A stretch of DNA of 63,647 nucleotides, taken from Octopus bimaculoides (lineage: Eukaryota). Location: contig NC_069001.1 of NCBI RefSeq assembly GCF_001194135.2, forward strand, positions 22,262,051 to 22,325,697, given 5' to 3'. The notes beneath the pieces were generated by a model, which was not told where the DNA came from, did no database searches, and saw only the letters and a list, made by a program, of their open reading frames with translations. Numbering within the stretch: position 1 is the stretch's first letter; each line of letters begins with the position of its first letter. The position numbers were made by a program, and so were the translations under genes. Positions 12,660 to 25,637 of this stretch are shown in pieces.

Positions 12660-12775
12660 ACTTCTTTACACAGCTGTCCTCATCCACCTGCATCACATGA
12701 CCAAACCAATGCAGTCTCCTCTCTTGCACATTGCATATAATTCCTCTTGTGCCCAACTTCTCTCTCAATAAATCA
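12660..12775 (-). mobile_element. RTE LINE coding fragment
   Basis: acacagctgtcctcatccacctgcatcacatgaccaaaccaatgcagtctcctctcttgcac is nearly identical to 30737-30800 (QERRLHWFGHVMQVDEDSCVK). Confidence 0.8.
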
Positions 12776-14769
12776 ATTCTCTGTTGTAGATGCACACTTA
12801 AAAAATAAAGGATATGTAAAATAAGGCAGTCCTTGATACATTATCTAAAAAAAGGGATCAAAATAGATAGCCATGACTGGAATGTCTTCGATCATAGATC
12901 TTAATCAAGGTTGATTCAGAGCTAAATAAAACAATACAATCCGAGACAAATAAACCAAGAATTGAAATTCAGATCCAAACTTAGCCTTTTAGGATTTCAA
13001 CTTCTGCTCTATAATATTTTCTGAAGATGCATTAATTCGAGATAATTTTGTGTATTTACAAAAGTAAAATGATGAATAAACATTTAAACTATGCGTCTGT
13101 GTATGTGTGACAATGTGAGTGTGTGTGTGTATCTGTGAATGTGTGAAAATAAGCAGACATAATAGTGCTGGGAAAGTTCATCCAATCAATATGTGTGTGT
13201 ATAGATATTATGATACTAATGCTGAACAAAACCTAAACTTTTCCACAGAAACATCTAAAAGACCGATTAGTGAAATCTGAAACAATAAATTATTGAAAAA
13301 CATTTTGATGGTCATATTAATAGTGAGGTTAAATTTCTATGTTATCATTACAGTTTTTGTATGCTGTTCATAACAACATGAATGGTAATAACATTGTCTT
13401 GTTGATTACCAACTTAGACAGGAGTAGAGAAGTTCGCTGCCATGTCAGCTGGGTAGCCAAGATGTTGAGTAGGATAATATGTTTGTGTTGGGTGGTGGGG
13501 TGGAAAGAAAATGCTTTAGAAATGGCATGATACTAACAGGAATGATAAAATTCAAAAAATAAAAACTGATATGTGTATTTTCACTTGTGAAAATGCTTTC
13601 ATGTAAATAGATTCTTTCATCTTGCTAAGATTCTACTCTTAATGGCTTACTATAACCAACTAAATGATTATGGTCATTTGTACATTCAAATTGCTATCAT
13701 GTCTAGCCAGAAATGAGATGAAGGTAATTAAACTATGTTGATGTATATAAAGGGAAACAGTGATATGAGTTGAATATTTGTAAACGTTATTCTTATGTGG
13801 CAGTTTCTTTGACTATCAACTTCTACTCTAGTTTTCAATAGCCATATCGATTTCCAGTTCCATAGATTACTTATTTAAAGGTTTCTGCTGTTGCTATTGT
13901 TGTTGTTGTTATTGATGATGATGATGATGATGATGAATGAATGCAGTTGTGGTGGTGGTGGTGGTGGTGGGATGCTGATATTGGCAACAAAATCTGTAAT
14001 TGAGCAAAATCTAGTACCAGAAGCAATGGGTGAGGGTCTAGATTGACAAAAACAAAATAAAAAATGAAAATAAATTTTGGTGAAGTATTATAAAAGAAGA
14101 CCAAATGCCATGATGAGTAAAAAGCTTGTGTATCAGGCAGTGACTTTTCAACAGAATGTGAAGGAATATAAAAGAGTTCTAACTGGTCAGTGTACAAGAT
14201 GTGAACAGAAATTAACACACAGAGACAACCAGATTTATACATGTAGAGGCAATATATAAACAACCCTCCAAGCAATGCCATAAGAAGTACTGAATTGAGT
14301 GAAAACAGAAGGAGAAAATTAATGAAAATTAAAACAAATATTTGCTTATTGAGAGAAGCAGGTCAGATATTTTCAGGTTAAATACGAGTTGTTTCCTTAA
14401 ATTGTTATATCACCCGACTGCTGTTGTAGTATAAGAATATATCTTGGAAGGAAAGGAGGTCGGAATAGGGCTAGATGAATTTGAAAAAGCATACTGCAAG
14501 TTTGAGATGGTTCAGGGTCTTGTTTCAGCCATTTAAAAGATGTTCCTGGAAGTAATTATTAATATAGAGGTCAGGCAGTGAATTGACAGAGTTGTTAGAG
14601 CATCAGTTGTTATTTGATTTTTTTTTCTAGTTTCTTTCATTTTGAGTTCAAATCTTGCCATCAGCTTCATCTTTCATCCTTCTATGATTGCTAAATAAAG
14701 CACCAGTTTCATGGTAAACTGATAGAATTATTAAAGTATTGGATGTTATGCTAAGCAATATTTGTTTGT

Positions 14770-14943
14770 GTGTAGATATTGGTGCAAGCATAGCTGTGCA
14801 GTAGCTTGCTGTTTCATAACTATAAGGGTTTTGGGTTAGTGAAAATGCAAGACACTTTGGGCAAGTGTCTTCCTCTATAGATCTGGGCTGACCAAAGCAT
14901 TCTGACTGGATTTGGTTGATGGAAACTGTTAAAAGCACATCTT

Positions 14944-14945
<2 letters not shown>
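14770..14945 (+). mobile_element. SINE family A, 5' half
   Basis: Degenerate head...gggcaagtgtcttcctctatag...ccaaagcattctgactggatttgg, then a long (CA)n. Confidence 0.7.
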
Positions 14946-15030
<85 letters not shown>

Positions 15031-15085
15031 ATCAGGCAATAATCTAGTAGCTCTGCATCAACAAGACGTGAAAAAATATAGAAAA

Positions 15086-16749
15086 AAGTGAAAGGGTTAC
15101 AGTGAACTTGCCATGAGGAGTGGAATATCCAATGTTTCAGAGTCAGTCTTTCATCAGGGGGAAGAGAAAAAGAGAACACAGCACTAATACACTCCTCCGC
15201 CTAACTGAGATCATTTTAACACTCATTTGCTTTTCCTTCTCCGGTGAATTCTATAGGCAATACAGTGGTGTTGCTATGGGCTCTGGGATGGGCTTCAATT
15301 ATACCAACCTCTTTGTAGGTTATGTAGAAGAGCAAATCTTTGTTCACTTCTCTGGACCCATCTCAGAGCTTTATGGTCATTACATTAGCGACTGCATTGG
15401 TGTTAAAAGCATTTACACACAACAGCTCAACAATTTTATTTCTTTTGTTAACACCTTTCACCTAGCCTTGGAATTCACCCACACAATATCTGATACTTCT
15501 GTTTGCTTTCTGGACATCTCTGTCAAAATATGCAATACCCACCTCTCCACCTCTGTTTACTATAAACCTACTGCCTCCCACTTCTACCGCCACTACTCTC
15601 CCTCTCATCCCAAACACATTAAATCTGCCATACCTTTCTCTCAATTTCTTCACCTTCGATGACTTTGCAGCATTGATTCAGATTTCGAATCCCATTACAA
15701 AATAATGTGACAGCTTTTTCTAAATCGAGGGTATCCTCCATCAGTTGTTGACCCGGCACTCCACTGCAACACAGCTCTCCCACCATTTTCACACACTTCC
15801 AACAATTGTATTCCTCTCTCTCTCACCTGCCGCCCATCCATCCTCCCTCTAAAGCACAAACCTACCCACAACTTCCACATTCTTCTTTCTGACCCAACAA
15901 CTGCCCCTATCATTGCCACACCACCTCTTCTGTCTTTTAAAAAGATAAGAGTCTTAGAAATCTCCTTGTTGGAAGCTTCACAACTCCTAGCTCTGTACAA
16001 TCGGGAACCTTTAAATATTCTCGACGACGATGTAACACATGCCCCTACATGTAAATTATAGCACCATCACGGGGCCCAAAAAGCAATATCACATAACACA
16101 CCCCTTCTGTTGCACTTCGGTGAATCTCATATATTGCATCTTATGCAAACTCTGCAGTGCTCTTTACATTGGAGAAACAGGGCGACGCCTTGGGGATCGC
16201 TTTCGTGAACACATCAGAAGCATAAGGCTACGTATGCCAGGCCAACCTGTCGCCACCCACTTCAACACTGTGAATCATTCTATTGCATTTTTATCAGTGT
16301 GTGGCATGGCCTTGCACCATGGATCCCACTTCTCTAGGAAATGAAGGGAGCAACGTCTTATATTTGATCTTGGCACTATGTCCCTAACAGGTATGAATGA
16401 ACTTTTTTCCTTTCATCCTTTCACCTCCTCTTAATTCTTTTTTACCCTTTTTAATCCTCCTTCCACCCTCTCTCTGCAACATTCCTGTATTTACTTACCT
16501 CTACTCTCACCATCATCCTTTTCCTCCTCCTTTCTGCATACCCTCTCCTCTAAGTTCTGTTTCACGTTAGCAGCTTGTGTTATCCTGCATTCATTGTCAG
16601 TTCCAGCCAGTTTTTCAAGCTGAGAGGATGTAAACTGTGTTTGACATTTTTCCTCTTTATCTTCTCCTTTTCTCTGCCCTCTGACGAAGGATTGAATCTG
16701 AAACGTTGGATATTCCACTTCTCACGGCAAGCTCACTGTACCCCTTTCA

Positions 16750-16752
<3 letters not shown>
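15086..16752 (+). mobile_element. 5'-truncated Penelope-like element (RT C-half plus GIY-YIG) with inverted terminal repeat copies
   Basis: RT motifs GEFYRQYSGVAMGSGMG, FLDISV and VYYKPT...HYSPSHP. GIY-YIG FCCTSVNLIYCILCKLCSALYIGETGRRLGDRFREH. 15086-15176 is the reverse complement of 16662-16752. Stops and frameshifts are present. Confidence 0.92.
16678..16710 (+). ncRNA. Minimal hammerhead ribozyme-like motif in the PLE terminal repeat
   Basis: CTGACGA-A-GGATT-G-AATCT-GAAA-CG-TT: core boxes intact, short stem II, palindromic AACGTT stem III, weak stem I. A degenerate inverted copy lies at about 15130-15160. Confidence 0.55.
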
Positions 16753-16794
<42 letters not shown>

Positions 16795-16798
<4 letters not shown>

Positions 16799-16955
16799 GA
16801 GAATTTACGAAAAAAACAACAGAGGAAGACAGGTGGTGTAAACAACAAATGGATGTATTAGTTTAATGCTCGGGAATAGAGAGAGTCTTTGACATTTTGA
16901 GACTACGCTCTTCAACTGAAAAGAACACAGAAAGAAACAAGGAGAATATATAAAG
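16795..16955 (-). mobile_element. Solo terminal-repeat remnant of another PLE family
   Basis: The minus strand reads ...cagttgaagagcgtagtctcaaaatgtcaaagac..., a decayed hammerhead-like core and stem II, next to (TA)n. Confidence 0.4.
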
Positions 16956-17200
16956 ACATGTAGCCTAGTGGTTAGGCTGTGGCACTCATGATCACTAGAC
17001 TGTGAGCTTGATTCCCTACCTGGGCAGCATGTGTCTTGAGCAAAAGACTTCATATTTCATGTTGCTCCAGTCCCCCTTTCGATCAGTAGGGAAAACTGGC
17101 CTGCTTGCCTAGCCAGCAAGGTGGCGTCATTTGAAGGGAAAATAATCATTATGACCAGCGATATGTAGCAACCTATGATAGCCTGACTGGTCATGTGATA
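16955..17200 (+). mobile_element. tRNA-derived SINE, third family (C)
   Basis: tagcctagtggttagg (A box)...gcttgattccc (B box-like). A related head lies at about 36315-36400. Confidence 0.6.
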
Positions 17201-17219
17201 TATATATATATAAATAAAA

Positions 17220-17710
17220 GTTTGCTTCCCAACCACATGATTCCGAGTTCAGTCCTACTGTGTGGTACTTTGGGTAAGTTTTTTTCTACTATAGCCTTGA
17301 GTTGACCAAAGCATTATGAGTGGATTTGGTAGAGAGAAACTGAAAGGCACCTGTTGTGCATATATATACATACCCCCCCGACACACACACACACATAAGT
17401 GATTAACTCTGTTTGTCCCCACCATTGCCCCAGTCTAATGAATGAAACAGGTAAAAGAATAAAAGAATGTGTGTGTTTGTGTGTGTGCACCCTTGCCCTG
17501 ACATCACTTGCTGGTTGTAAATGAGCATCACCAGCATAGAATTTATGTTGTTCATTTCCAGTCTTCTGTGGAAAAAACATGTCTAGTTATGGGAAATGTT
17601 GCCTTGCTTCAAAATAGAAGCAGGAAGGGAATTTAGCTGTAGAAAATTTGCCTCAACTAAATGTGTTTGACCTATGGAAGAATGGAAAAGTGGATGCTAA
17701 TGATTATGAT
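17220..17710 (+). mobile_element. SINE with family-A head and RTE-derived tail
   Basis: Same architecture as 10560-11090, ending ggaagggaatttagctgtagaaaatttgcc...gatgctaatgattatgatg. Confidence 0.65.
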
Positions 17711-19238
17711 GTTGATGATGTGTAGGAGGAGAAGGAAGAGGAGAAGGCCAATGATGACAATGATGATGTCAAAGATGATGACTGTCGCCAATGCCATCGT
17801 TGCCCCCAATGCTTCTGCTACTGCTAACGCTATCATTGATGATTGTGCCCAGTGTGAGTTCAATTTCACTGCAGCTTACCTGGACAGTAGAATGAATCCA
17901 TTGCTTGGTTTAGCACCGCCACCTTCACTTTAGCATTCTCAACATTGCTGCAAATATTCAGGCAAACTTCCCAGTTTTAAGCATTACTTTTTTCCTCCCT
18001 CTCATCTATCTTAGGATCCCACAAGTCTTCTTCAGAACTAAACAATAATAAACAATACTTTAATATATATGCAAAAAAGTTATAGAATATATTTGACATT
18101 AAACAACATTGAAAGAATTACAGTCAAAATTACTGGAAATGTTAAGAATGGATCTGGGTCCACAAAGAGGTGTCACATGGCACACATCAGATAATGTAAT
18201 CAGTGGTACACTATTCTTCAAAATATTATGGGACGGTTGTTGCTTTAAGACCATACTTTTACTGTCATAGGTCCTAACTACAACAATGATAATAACATAG
18301 AGTGAAGGGAAAGTAATCCCTGATAAGTTCAAATAATAACATAATGAAGATAAAAAAAACTAGAAAATATACAAGAATTAGCAATAAAAATAGAAATAAT
18401 GACTGGAGTATAGAAAGCTGGACAAGAGAATATATTTACTCAAAATAGTATTTGCAAATGAGAACAAAGGGAAAAATAAACACCAGAGATAAAACAATAT
18501 ACTGATTTTCTTCTAAGTCAAGTAGAAAAAAATAGATATTATCTATGTAAATCACATATACTATGTAACAGCCAGCATAATATATAAACAGCCAGGACAG
18601 GAAACATAGACATTAGATAATGAAAGAAATAACCAGTTACTCTCAGAAAAAAAAAAAAATTGGTATAAAAACAGATTCACCAAAATAGAACTGACTTATC
18701 AATATGAACAGAAATACACAATCAGCATCACCAAATGAATACAAAGGATATAAAAAGAGTATATAATAAGACACAAAAACAAATTTAAATAAGGCAAAAA
18801 TACCCAGAATTAAGGAAATTCTGGACAAAAAAAATAGGTGATTCAAATGAAAGTTCCAGAGAAAAGAAATAGGAAAAAAAAAACTTATAGAAAGTAAAAT
18901 GGTGTGTGGAAATAGAAAGAAGTTCTATAGGAGTTAAATCAGATCTTAGAAATTCTCTTAAGGAAAGGTACTGAAGTATTCTTGGCAGAAATGTGAGAGA
19001 AAATAATTACTAAGACACAAAGATACACACTTGTTCATGCTGCAATACATAAAACAAAATCTTCCTGGAGATATCCCATATATGATCATTTGTACTGCTA
19101 GATATAGAAGTTAAATTTCCTTTCAAGTAGCTGTATCATCTTGAAAAGGGACAGATATAGTGAATAAAGGGTCCATTATTGTCAATGCCAGGTAAAGGAT
19201 GAGATTGTCAGGTTTAGAATGCTCTTGGTCACTGTTAA

Positions 19239-19458
19239 CTCTTTAGCATTCACATTACTCTGTCAGAATAAATGTCTTTCTGTTCACATTGTTTTGAATT
19301 AATCATACATTATCTTGAAGCTTTGAGATTTTGATGAGTTAACTGTTAATTTTTTGAATGATAGTGTAGAGTTGGTCTGAGAGGCCAGATATGGCCACTT
19401 TAAACATAAAATAGGCAGAGTACTTTGGCTGGATATGGAATATTTAAATGTTAATGGG
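19239..19458 (-). mobile_element. Complete piggyBac-like MITE
   Basis: TTAA at 19235-19238 and 19459-19462 flank imperfect TIRs ctctttagcatt / aatgttaatggg. The body is the reverse complement of 43327-43549. Confidence 0.75.
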
Positions 19459-20855
19459 TTAAAATTGAATATGGACTAAACAACAACCACAATAAGAAGT
19501 TTCACAAACCAGATGGTGGGTACCGTTACGTGTTCATTTGATTTGCTAAATATATCAGCAAAATCTACTTCATATCCATTTTAAAATAGAAAGGACATGT
19601 GAGGAATAGATTTCTCTGTAGTGTGCCCAGTATCAATGCTAGCTTTGATCTAATAGACAACAGTTGAACACGTCTGGTCATTCCACTGTTAGTTTGCATG
19701 CAATAATGCTGCTCAATCAAAGATGGGCTAGAGCGACATGACTACTGCAATAATAACAACAGCTCTCTCAACAATTGAGAGCAAACAGCTGAAAAATATT
19801 AGAATATTTCTAAATAAGAAAGGATTGTGGGAAAATCACAGCAGTTGAATATATCTGAAACAGTGATGGGCAGACTGCAGGCAATAAGGAATTTCTGAAT
19901 GACATACCATGAAAAATTACCTTGAAATTTTTTAACAGTGTGACCTTTCACCTGAGGATGAGCTATGTCTTATATGTCCTGCCTCTTGGAAATTTTGTCC
20001 ATGGCTGATCTGAAGCACTTACATAAAATAACTACTTCTACATAACAATTTAAACAAAACCTTTGCTCAGAATAGACAAATAAAACTTGATCTATTTCAT
20101 TCTTCAGAGAAACTAATCATATGAAAAACAGCATTTTAGAATAATTTTTTTAAAAAGGATTTTTCAGCTTCACTTTCACATTTTAAGTATAATTTCTCCA
20201 ATAACATAGAACCACTAAGTCACTACAAAATGAAGAGAAGTACATACAAAATTGTCTATACTTTATGAATAACTTTGAACTCAGAACATAAAGATAGATA
20301 AATAAATATGTAAAGTATTGCTATTTCTACTACTGCTCATACTATATTTGGTGAATGATAATAATGTAGAATGGTTTTCTTGTGTAGTTTGCTTTAGGCT
20401 TCAAATTCACTTGATTCCAAGGAAAGTAAACAATATTGTAATGGACAAAATCTGAGAACTTCAGAAATGGATGCTTAATTTCTTATCCACTTAGACTTTC
20501 TGCCAATCATAACAATTTCTTAATTATACAAATCCTAAGAGCTGTAAGGTAGAAGAAATTATTAGCTGTGAGGTTCACACCTTTTCAAATAGAAGTGATG
20601 CAGTAAGTATACTGGTTCTCAACTAAAATCAAAACAGGTGCGAGGACATTGATGAAAATGTAGAATTAAAAGAGCCATGCAGGTATAGGTATGGCTCTGG
20701 TTTATAAGTTCACTTTTCAGTCATGTGATTCCGGGTCCCGTCTCACTCTGCAACACCTTATACAGGTAGCTGTTACCATAGATTCAGGTTACCCAAGCCT
20801 TATGAAATATGATAAGAATAATCTGTGCTGAAGCTCATGTATAGATGTGTGTGTG

Positions 20856-20895
<40 letters not shown>

Positions 20896-20899
20896 CATA

Positions 20900-21585
20900 T
20901 TTCTTTTACCATTTACTTGTTTCAGTCATTGGACTGTGACCATGCTGGGGCACCACCTTAAAGGGTTCTAGTTAAGATAATCTACCCCAGTACTTATTTT
21001 CAAAATCTGGTATTTACTTTCTCTGTCTCTTTTGCTGAACCACTAAGTTATGAGAATGTAAACAAACCAATACCAGTTGTCAGGCTTTGAGGTGACAAAC
21101 ACACACATGTGCACGCATGCACACACGCACGCACACACACACGCACACACACACATGCACACTCACATATATAAATATAACAGGCTTCCACCCAGTTTCT
21201 TATTTCCTTATAAGGGGCTACACACAGAGGGGACAAACAAGGACAGACAAACGGATTAAGTAGATTATATCGACCCCAGTGTGTAACTGGTACTTATTTA
21301 ATCGACCCCAAAAGGATGAAAGGGAAAGTCGACCTCGGCAGAATTTGAACTCAGAACGAAGCAGCAGACGAAATACCATTAAGCATTTCGCTCGGCGCGC
21401 TAACGTTTCTGCCAACTCGCTGCCTAAGCTTCCACCCAGTTTCTGCTTATGAAATTCACTGACAAGGCACTGGTCAACTCAGGGGTTTAGTAGAAGACAA
21501 AGACTAGCTCAAAGTGCTGCATTGTGGGACTGAACTCCAAATCATATGAGTGCAATGTGAGCTCCTTCCCAACACAGCCACAGAA
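20900..21585 (-). mobile_element. SINE family A interrupted by a family-B insertion
   Basis: 3' half at 20900-21200 and 5' half at 21428-21585. Confidence 0.8.
21201..21427 (-). mobile_element. Young full-length SINE family B with 17-bp TSD
   Basis: Flanked by the exact direct repeat gcttccacccagtttct (21184-21200 and 21428-21444). Head tggcagaaacgttagcgcgccgagcgaaatg...gagttcaaattc with CpGs retained. Confidence 0.92.
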
Positions 21586-21904
21586 AAGATGTAACATAAG
21601 CGAATAAACTGCAAAACTGTTGTTTATAAATAAAAATCCCTTGTGTGGCATTCATTTAGGAAATTAAACAATTGCTAATCAGTTTTGGCATCAGAAATGC
21701 AATGAACCAGTAAATGGTAAATGAGAAACCTGTAACAATTGGCAATAAATACAGTGGTTTATGAGTAGCAAAATAAAACATACTTAAGAATAAATAGATA
21801 AGGTGCTGGCAAGGTGGTGTGATTAAAAGGTTCCTTTTGCAAGTGTGAGGTTTTGGGTTCAGTTTCACCATGTGGCACCTTGGCAATTGCTTTTGACTAT
21901 AGTT

Positions 21905-22322
21905 TTTGTTTTGTCTAAGGAGAGTCATTATACCAATATTGTTGACACACGCACTGGTTCATTTCCACTTCTTTATTATTAGTCAATTGGTTAATATCCT
22001 GCTAACTAATCAGTTGTTTTTTATAATTTGGTTAAACAAGAAGTCATTTGTTTTGTTTTTGTTTGTCAAAGCTCTTTTGTTAATTACATACATACATACA
22101 TACATGTGAACACTGGCACAGGCACACACACAACAAGGTCTCAAGCAGTCGAAAGTCATTGAAAAGGTTGCAAGTAGCAACGAAAGAGCTTTGACATGCA
22201 AAAACAAAACAATTGATTTGCTAGTTTGATATTTAACCAATTGACTAATAATAAAGGAATAGAATTGAACCGGTGCATATGTTAATTATATTGGCATCAT
22301 GACTCTCTCTAGGGATAAAAAA
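21905..22322. mobile_element. Foldback / long-TIR MITE
   Basis: 21905-22085 and 22175-22322 are imperfect reverse complements (for example ctttattattagtcaattggttaa / ttaaccaattgactaataataaag, and tcaaagctcttt / aaagagctttga). Confidence 0.75.
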
Positions 22323-22479
22323 ATTTGTTTCAACACATGAATTCCTTTAAAGAATCTTGCACACCAGATACAAAAACGATATAGTTTTTGTCTTTTACTG
22401 ATATTTTGTAAGTGAATAGGTAAATGGAAACTGTGTGGAAGCTCATCATATTATGTATATGTATACATACAAACATCAT

Positions 22480-22645
22480 TGTTATTTAATGTCTATTTTC
22501 CATGTTGGAATGGGTTGAAAGGTTTGACAGGGTCCAGTAAGCTGCAAGGCTGTATCAAGTTCCTGCATCAGTTTTGACATGGTTTCTATGGTTGGATGCC
22601 CTTCCTAACATCAACCACTTTACAGTGTGTGCTGGGTGCTTCTTT
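22480..22645 (-). mobile_element. RTE 3'-tail copy
   Basis: ttatttaatgtctattttccatgttggaatgggttg...ggatgcccttcctaacatcaaccac. Confidence 0.7.
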
Positions 22646-22899
22646 CATACCACTGGTACGAATGAGGCTGCCTTGTAACTTGCAAGGCAGGAAAGAACGA
22701 GCAAAGGGGAAATGGGAAATGGGAAATATATATATATATATGTATATCTATCTATATACACTCATACGTGTGTGTGTGTGCATGTGTATGTGTGTGTGTA
22801 TATGTCTGTGTGTGTGTATGAATCTGACTATTTGTATATATGTATGTCTCCATTTTTCTTTGTTTATATAACATAACCTAGCTGTTCAACAAACATTTG

Positions 22900-23105
22900 T
22901 TTCAAATTTTGGCCCAAGGCCAGCAATTTCAAGGAGGGATAAGTTGATGACATCAGCCCCAAGTGCTCAACTGGTATTTATTTTATCGTCTCTGAAATGA
23001 TGAAAAGCAAAGTCAACCTCAATGGAATTTGAACTCAGAATGTAAAGATGAAACGCCACCAAGCATTTTGCCTGGTGTGCTAAGGATTCTGCCAGTTCAG
23101 TGCCC
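22900..23105 (-). mobile_element. SINE family B
   Basis: caaattttggcccaaggccagcaatttc...gaatttgaactcagaatg...attctgccagttc. Confidence 0.8.
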
Positions 23106-24859
23106 TAACAATTCAACAAATATTGATTGAGAAGCACTAAATTAAAAAATAAGCACTGAGATTAATACAATCAAGTAAAACCTTTAAGGCAATGCCCCAT
23201 CGTGGTCACAGTTCAGTGACTGAAGAATGAGTATGGCATTAGCTACATTTATTCTTACAATCATTTTCTGTGCATGTGGTGAGTTCATGTTGCTGACTAA
23301 AGGAGGAATCAGATCCACAGAGAATTCATCTAAAGAGAAATCTCTCTTCCATTGAATATCATTATACAGGAACTAAGTACCTGCTCTTAAAAGTTCCCTA
23401 AGGATTAGAATCACTATATATTACATTGCAACATTGATGAGAAAGCTAAAAAAAACAACTATAGAACTCTTATACCAAAACAAAAAACACAAAAAAGATA
23501 CGAAATTAAATTGTGCATAAATGCATTTTAAGCATTATCAATGCTTGACTTGACCCATTTAATGAAAATTGCATAAAACCACTAATTAATTAATATTAAT
23601 GCTTAATAATCACTTCAATATTCCTTTGATCCTGTTGTTACAGAACTTTTTAGTTTACTCTTGAGTATGATGTTAGGCATTAATGATGATGATGATGATA
23701 GTTATGTAATGATGGTTACGGTAATAATATGATCATAATAATGATAATAATGTAACGATGATGCTAACAATAGCAAGGTGATAATAATAATGTATTGACA
23801 ATAATGATTGAAATCTTGCAATAATCATTTTTTCCAATCTTCAATTAAACTAGAAAAAATGTCAACTTGTTGATCATTCCCAAATACATAGTAAATCTAT
23901 CCTTCTCTTCATACATTCATTATTTACATAGTTAATGAGATTTCTTTAGCAAAATCATCTGAAATAGCATTGACCATCATAGTGGTGGCAGTGGTAAAGG
24001 AAGTGGGTGTGGTGGTAGTGGGGAAATGGATGATGGCAACAGTGGTGGTGTAAGTGGTGGTGGTTGTGTAACTGGTGGTAGTTGTGCTTATATCACTAAT
24101 TGTTGATATGCATTCATACTTTCTCAGAGTTATATTCTCTTGTCTATGTTTCTTACCTATGGCTACTATTTACCTAATTTGTTATTTATTTATTGTTAAA
24201 AGTCAATATCTCAGAAAAGTAAATATATAAATTCTTGCCAGAGAGGAAATAAGAAAATATTAGGCAAGTCAAAAAAAAAAAAAAGGAAGAAATAGAAAAC
24301 CTAAAATTCCTATTAAATTGATAATAAATGAACAAACACCAAAGATTTGATGGCTTATATTGGCAGAAATAGAGAAATTTGTTGGGGAAAGTGATTGTAA
24401 ATAGTTAATTGAATTGACTCAGTACTGGTCTGATAGTTATTTTACAGACAGGAAAGCAATGAGTGGCAATTTTGACCTGGATAAAATTTGAACTAACAAT
24501 AAAGAGATATGAATCTTAATACGTTTAGGCATCTGCTATTTTTGCCACTGATTTAGACGGAGATAGACAGAAACAAAGAGTTGTAGGAGGTTTATGTGGT
24601 CGCTTGACCTTTGAGGGATGTAGACACATCTCTCTCCAATGACAAGTTACCCTTTTAAAAAGTGACAATATATCTCTAATCTTATCAAATTCTGCTGCAT
24701 TTAACATGAAATTTTTTGTCTTTCAAAGTCGTCTAGGTTGTCCCTCTTATTTTGATTATAAATCTTGGTCTAAAAAATTTGATTTGTAGGCTGGGACATA
24801 CGGTAGGGCTAAACATCTACGGATCTGAAAAGAGGATGTGAACACAACTAATTTCAAAT

Positions 24860-25060
24860 TTTGGCACAAAACCAGCAATTTCAGGGAGGGGATAAGTTGA
24901 TTACACTGACCCTAGTGTTCAACTGGTACTTATTTTATTAAACCTGAAAGGATGAAAGGCTAAGTCAACCTTGGAAAAATCTGAACTCAGCACATAGAGA
25001 CAGATGAAATGCCATGACGCATTTTGCCAGGTATATTCATGATTCTGCCAGATTGCTACC
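24860..25060 (-). mobile_element. SINE family B
   Basis: Same sequence family as 22900-23105. Confidence 0.8.
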
Positions 25061-25212
25061 TTAGTGACGTGCACATTATTAACTGACCATTTCGTAGTGA
25101 ACTGCTTCTTAGATTCTGAATAATAAAATTATTATAAACTGCAAATTTTTTTAAAAGTTATTAAAATTAGTCATTCTCATTTCAAAAACTTTCCTCAGTA
25201 CTAAATTACATA

Positions 25213-25637
25213 GGCACAGGAGCGGTTGTGTGGTAAGAAGCTTGCTTCCCAACCACATATTTACGTGTTCATTCCCACTGCGTGGCACCTTGGGTAAGTG
25301 TTGTCAACTATAGCCTCAGGCTGACCAAAGCCTTGTGAGTGGAATTTAGTAGATGGAAACTGAAGGAAACCCACCATATATAAATATATGTGTATGTACA
25401 TATATGTATATATGTCCATATATATCTATGTGTATGCATCTTTGTCTGTGTTTGTACCTCCTTACCACTTGACAGTTCAGCATAAAGGGACTGATAGAAT
25501 AGTACTGATAGAATAAGTAAAGCTTTAAAAAACTAAGTACTAGGGTCTATTCATTTGACTACAATTCTTCAAGGCAGTGCTCCAGTATGACTGCAGTATA
25601 ATGACTGAAACAAGTAAAAAATAAAAGATAAAGGATA
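25213..25637 (+). mobile_element. Full-length SINE family A
   Basis: ggcacaggagcggttgtgtggtaagaagcttgcttcccaaccac through gactgaaacaagtaaaaaataaaagata. Confidence 0.9.

Noticed and set aside
18300-19020. A-rich tract with an NRKKFYR-like motif
   Set aside because: Possibly an ancient LINE, but too decayed to call as a feature.
24525-24707. 60-aa minus-strand ORF MLNAAEFDKIRD...
   Set aside because: It overlaps a repeat fragment (tttatgtggtcgcttgacc), and I found no splice signals or homology.
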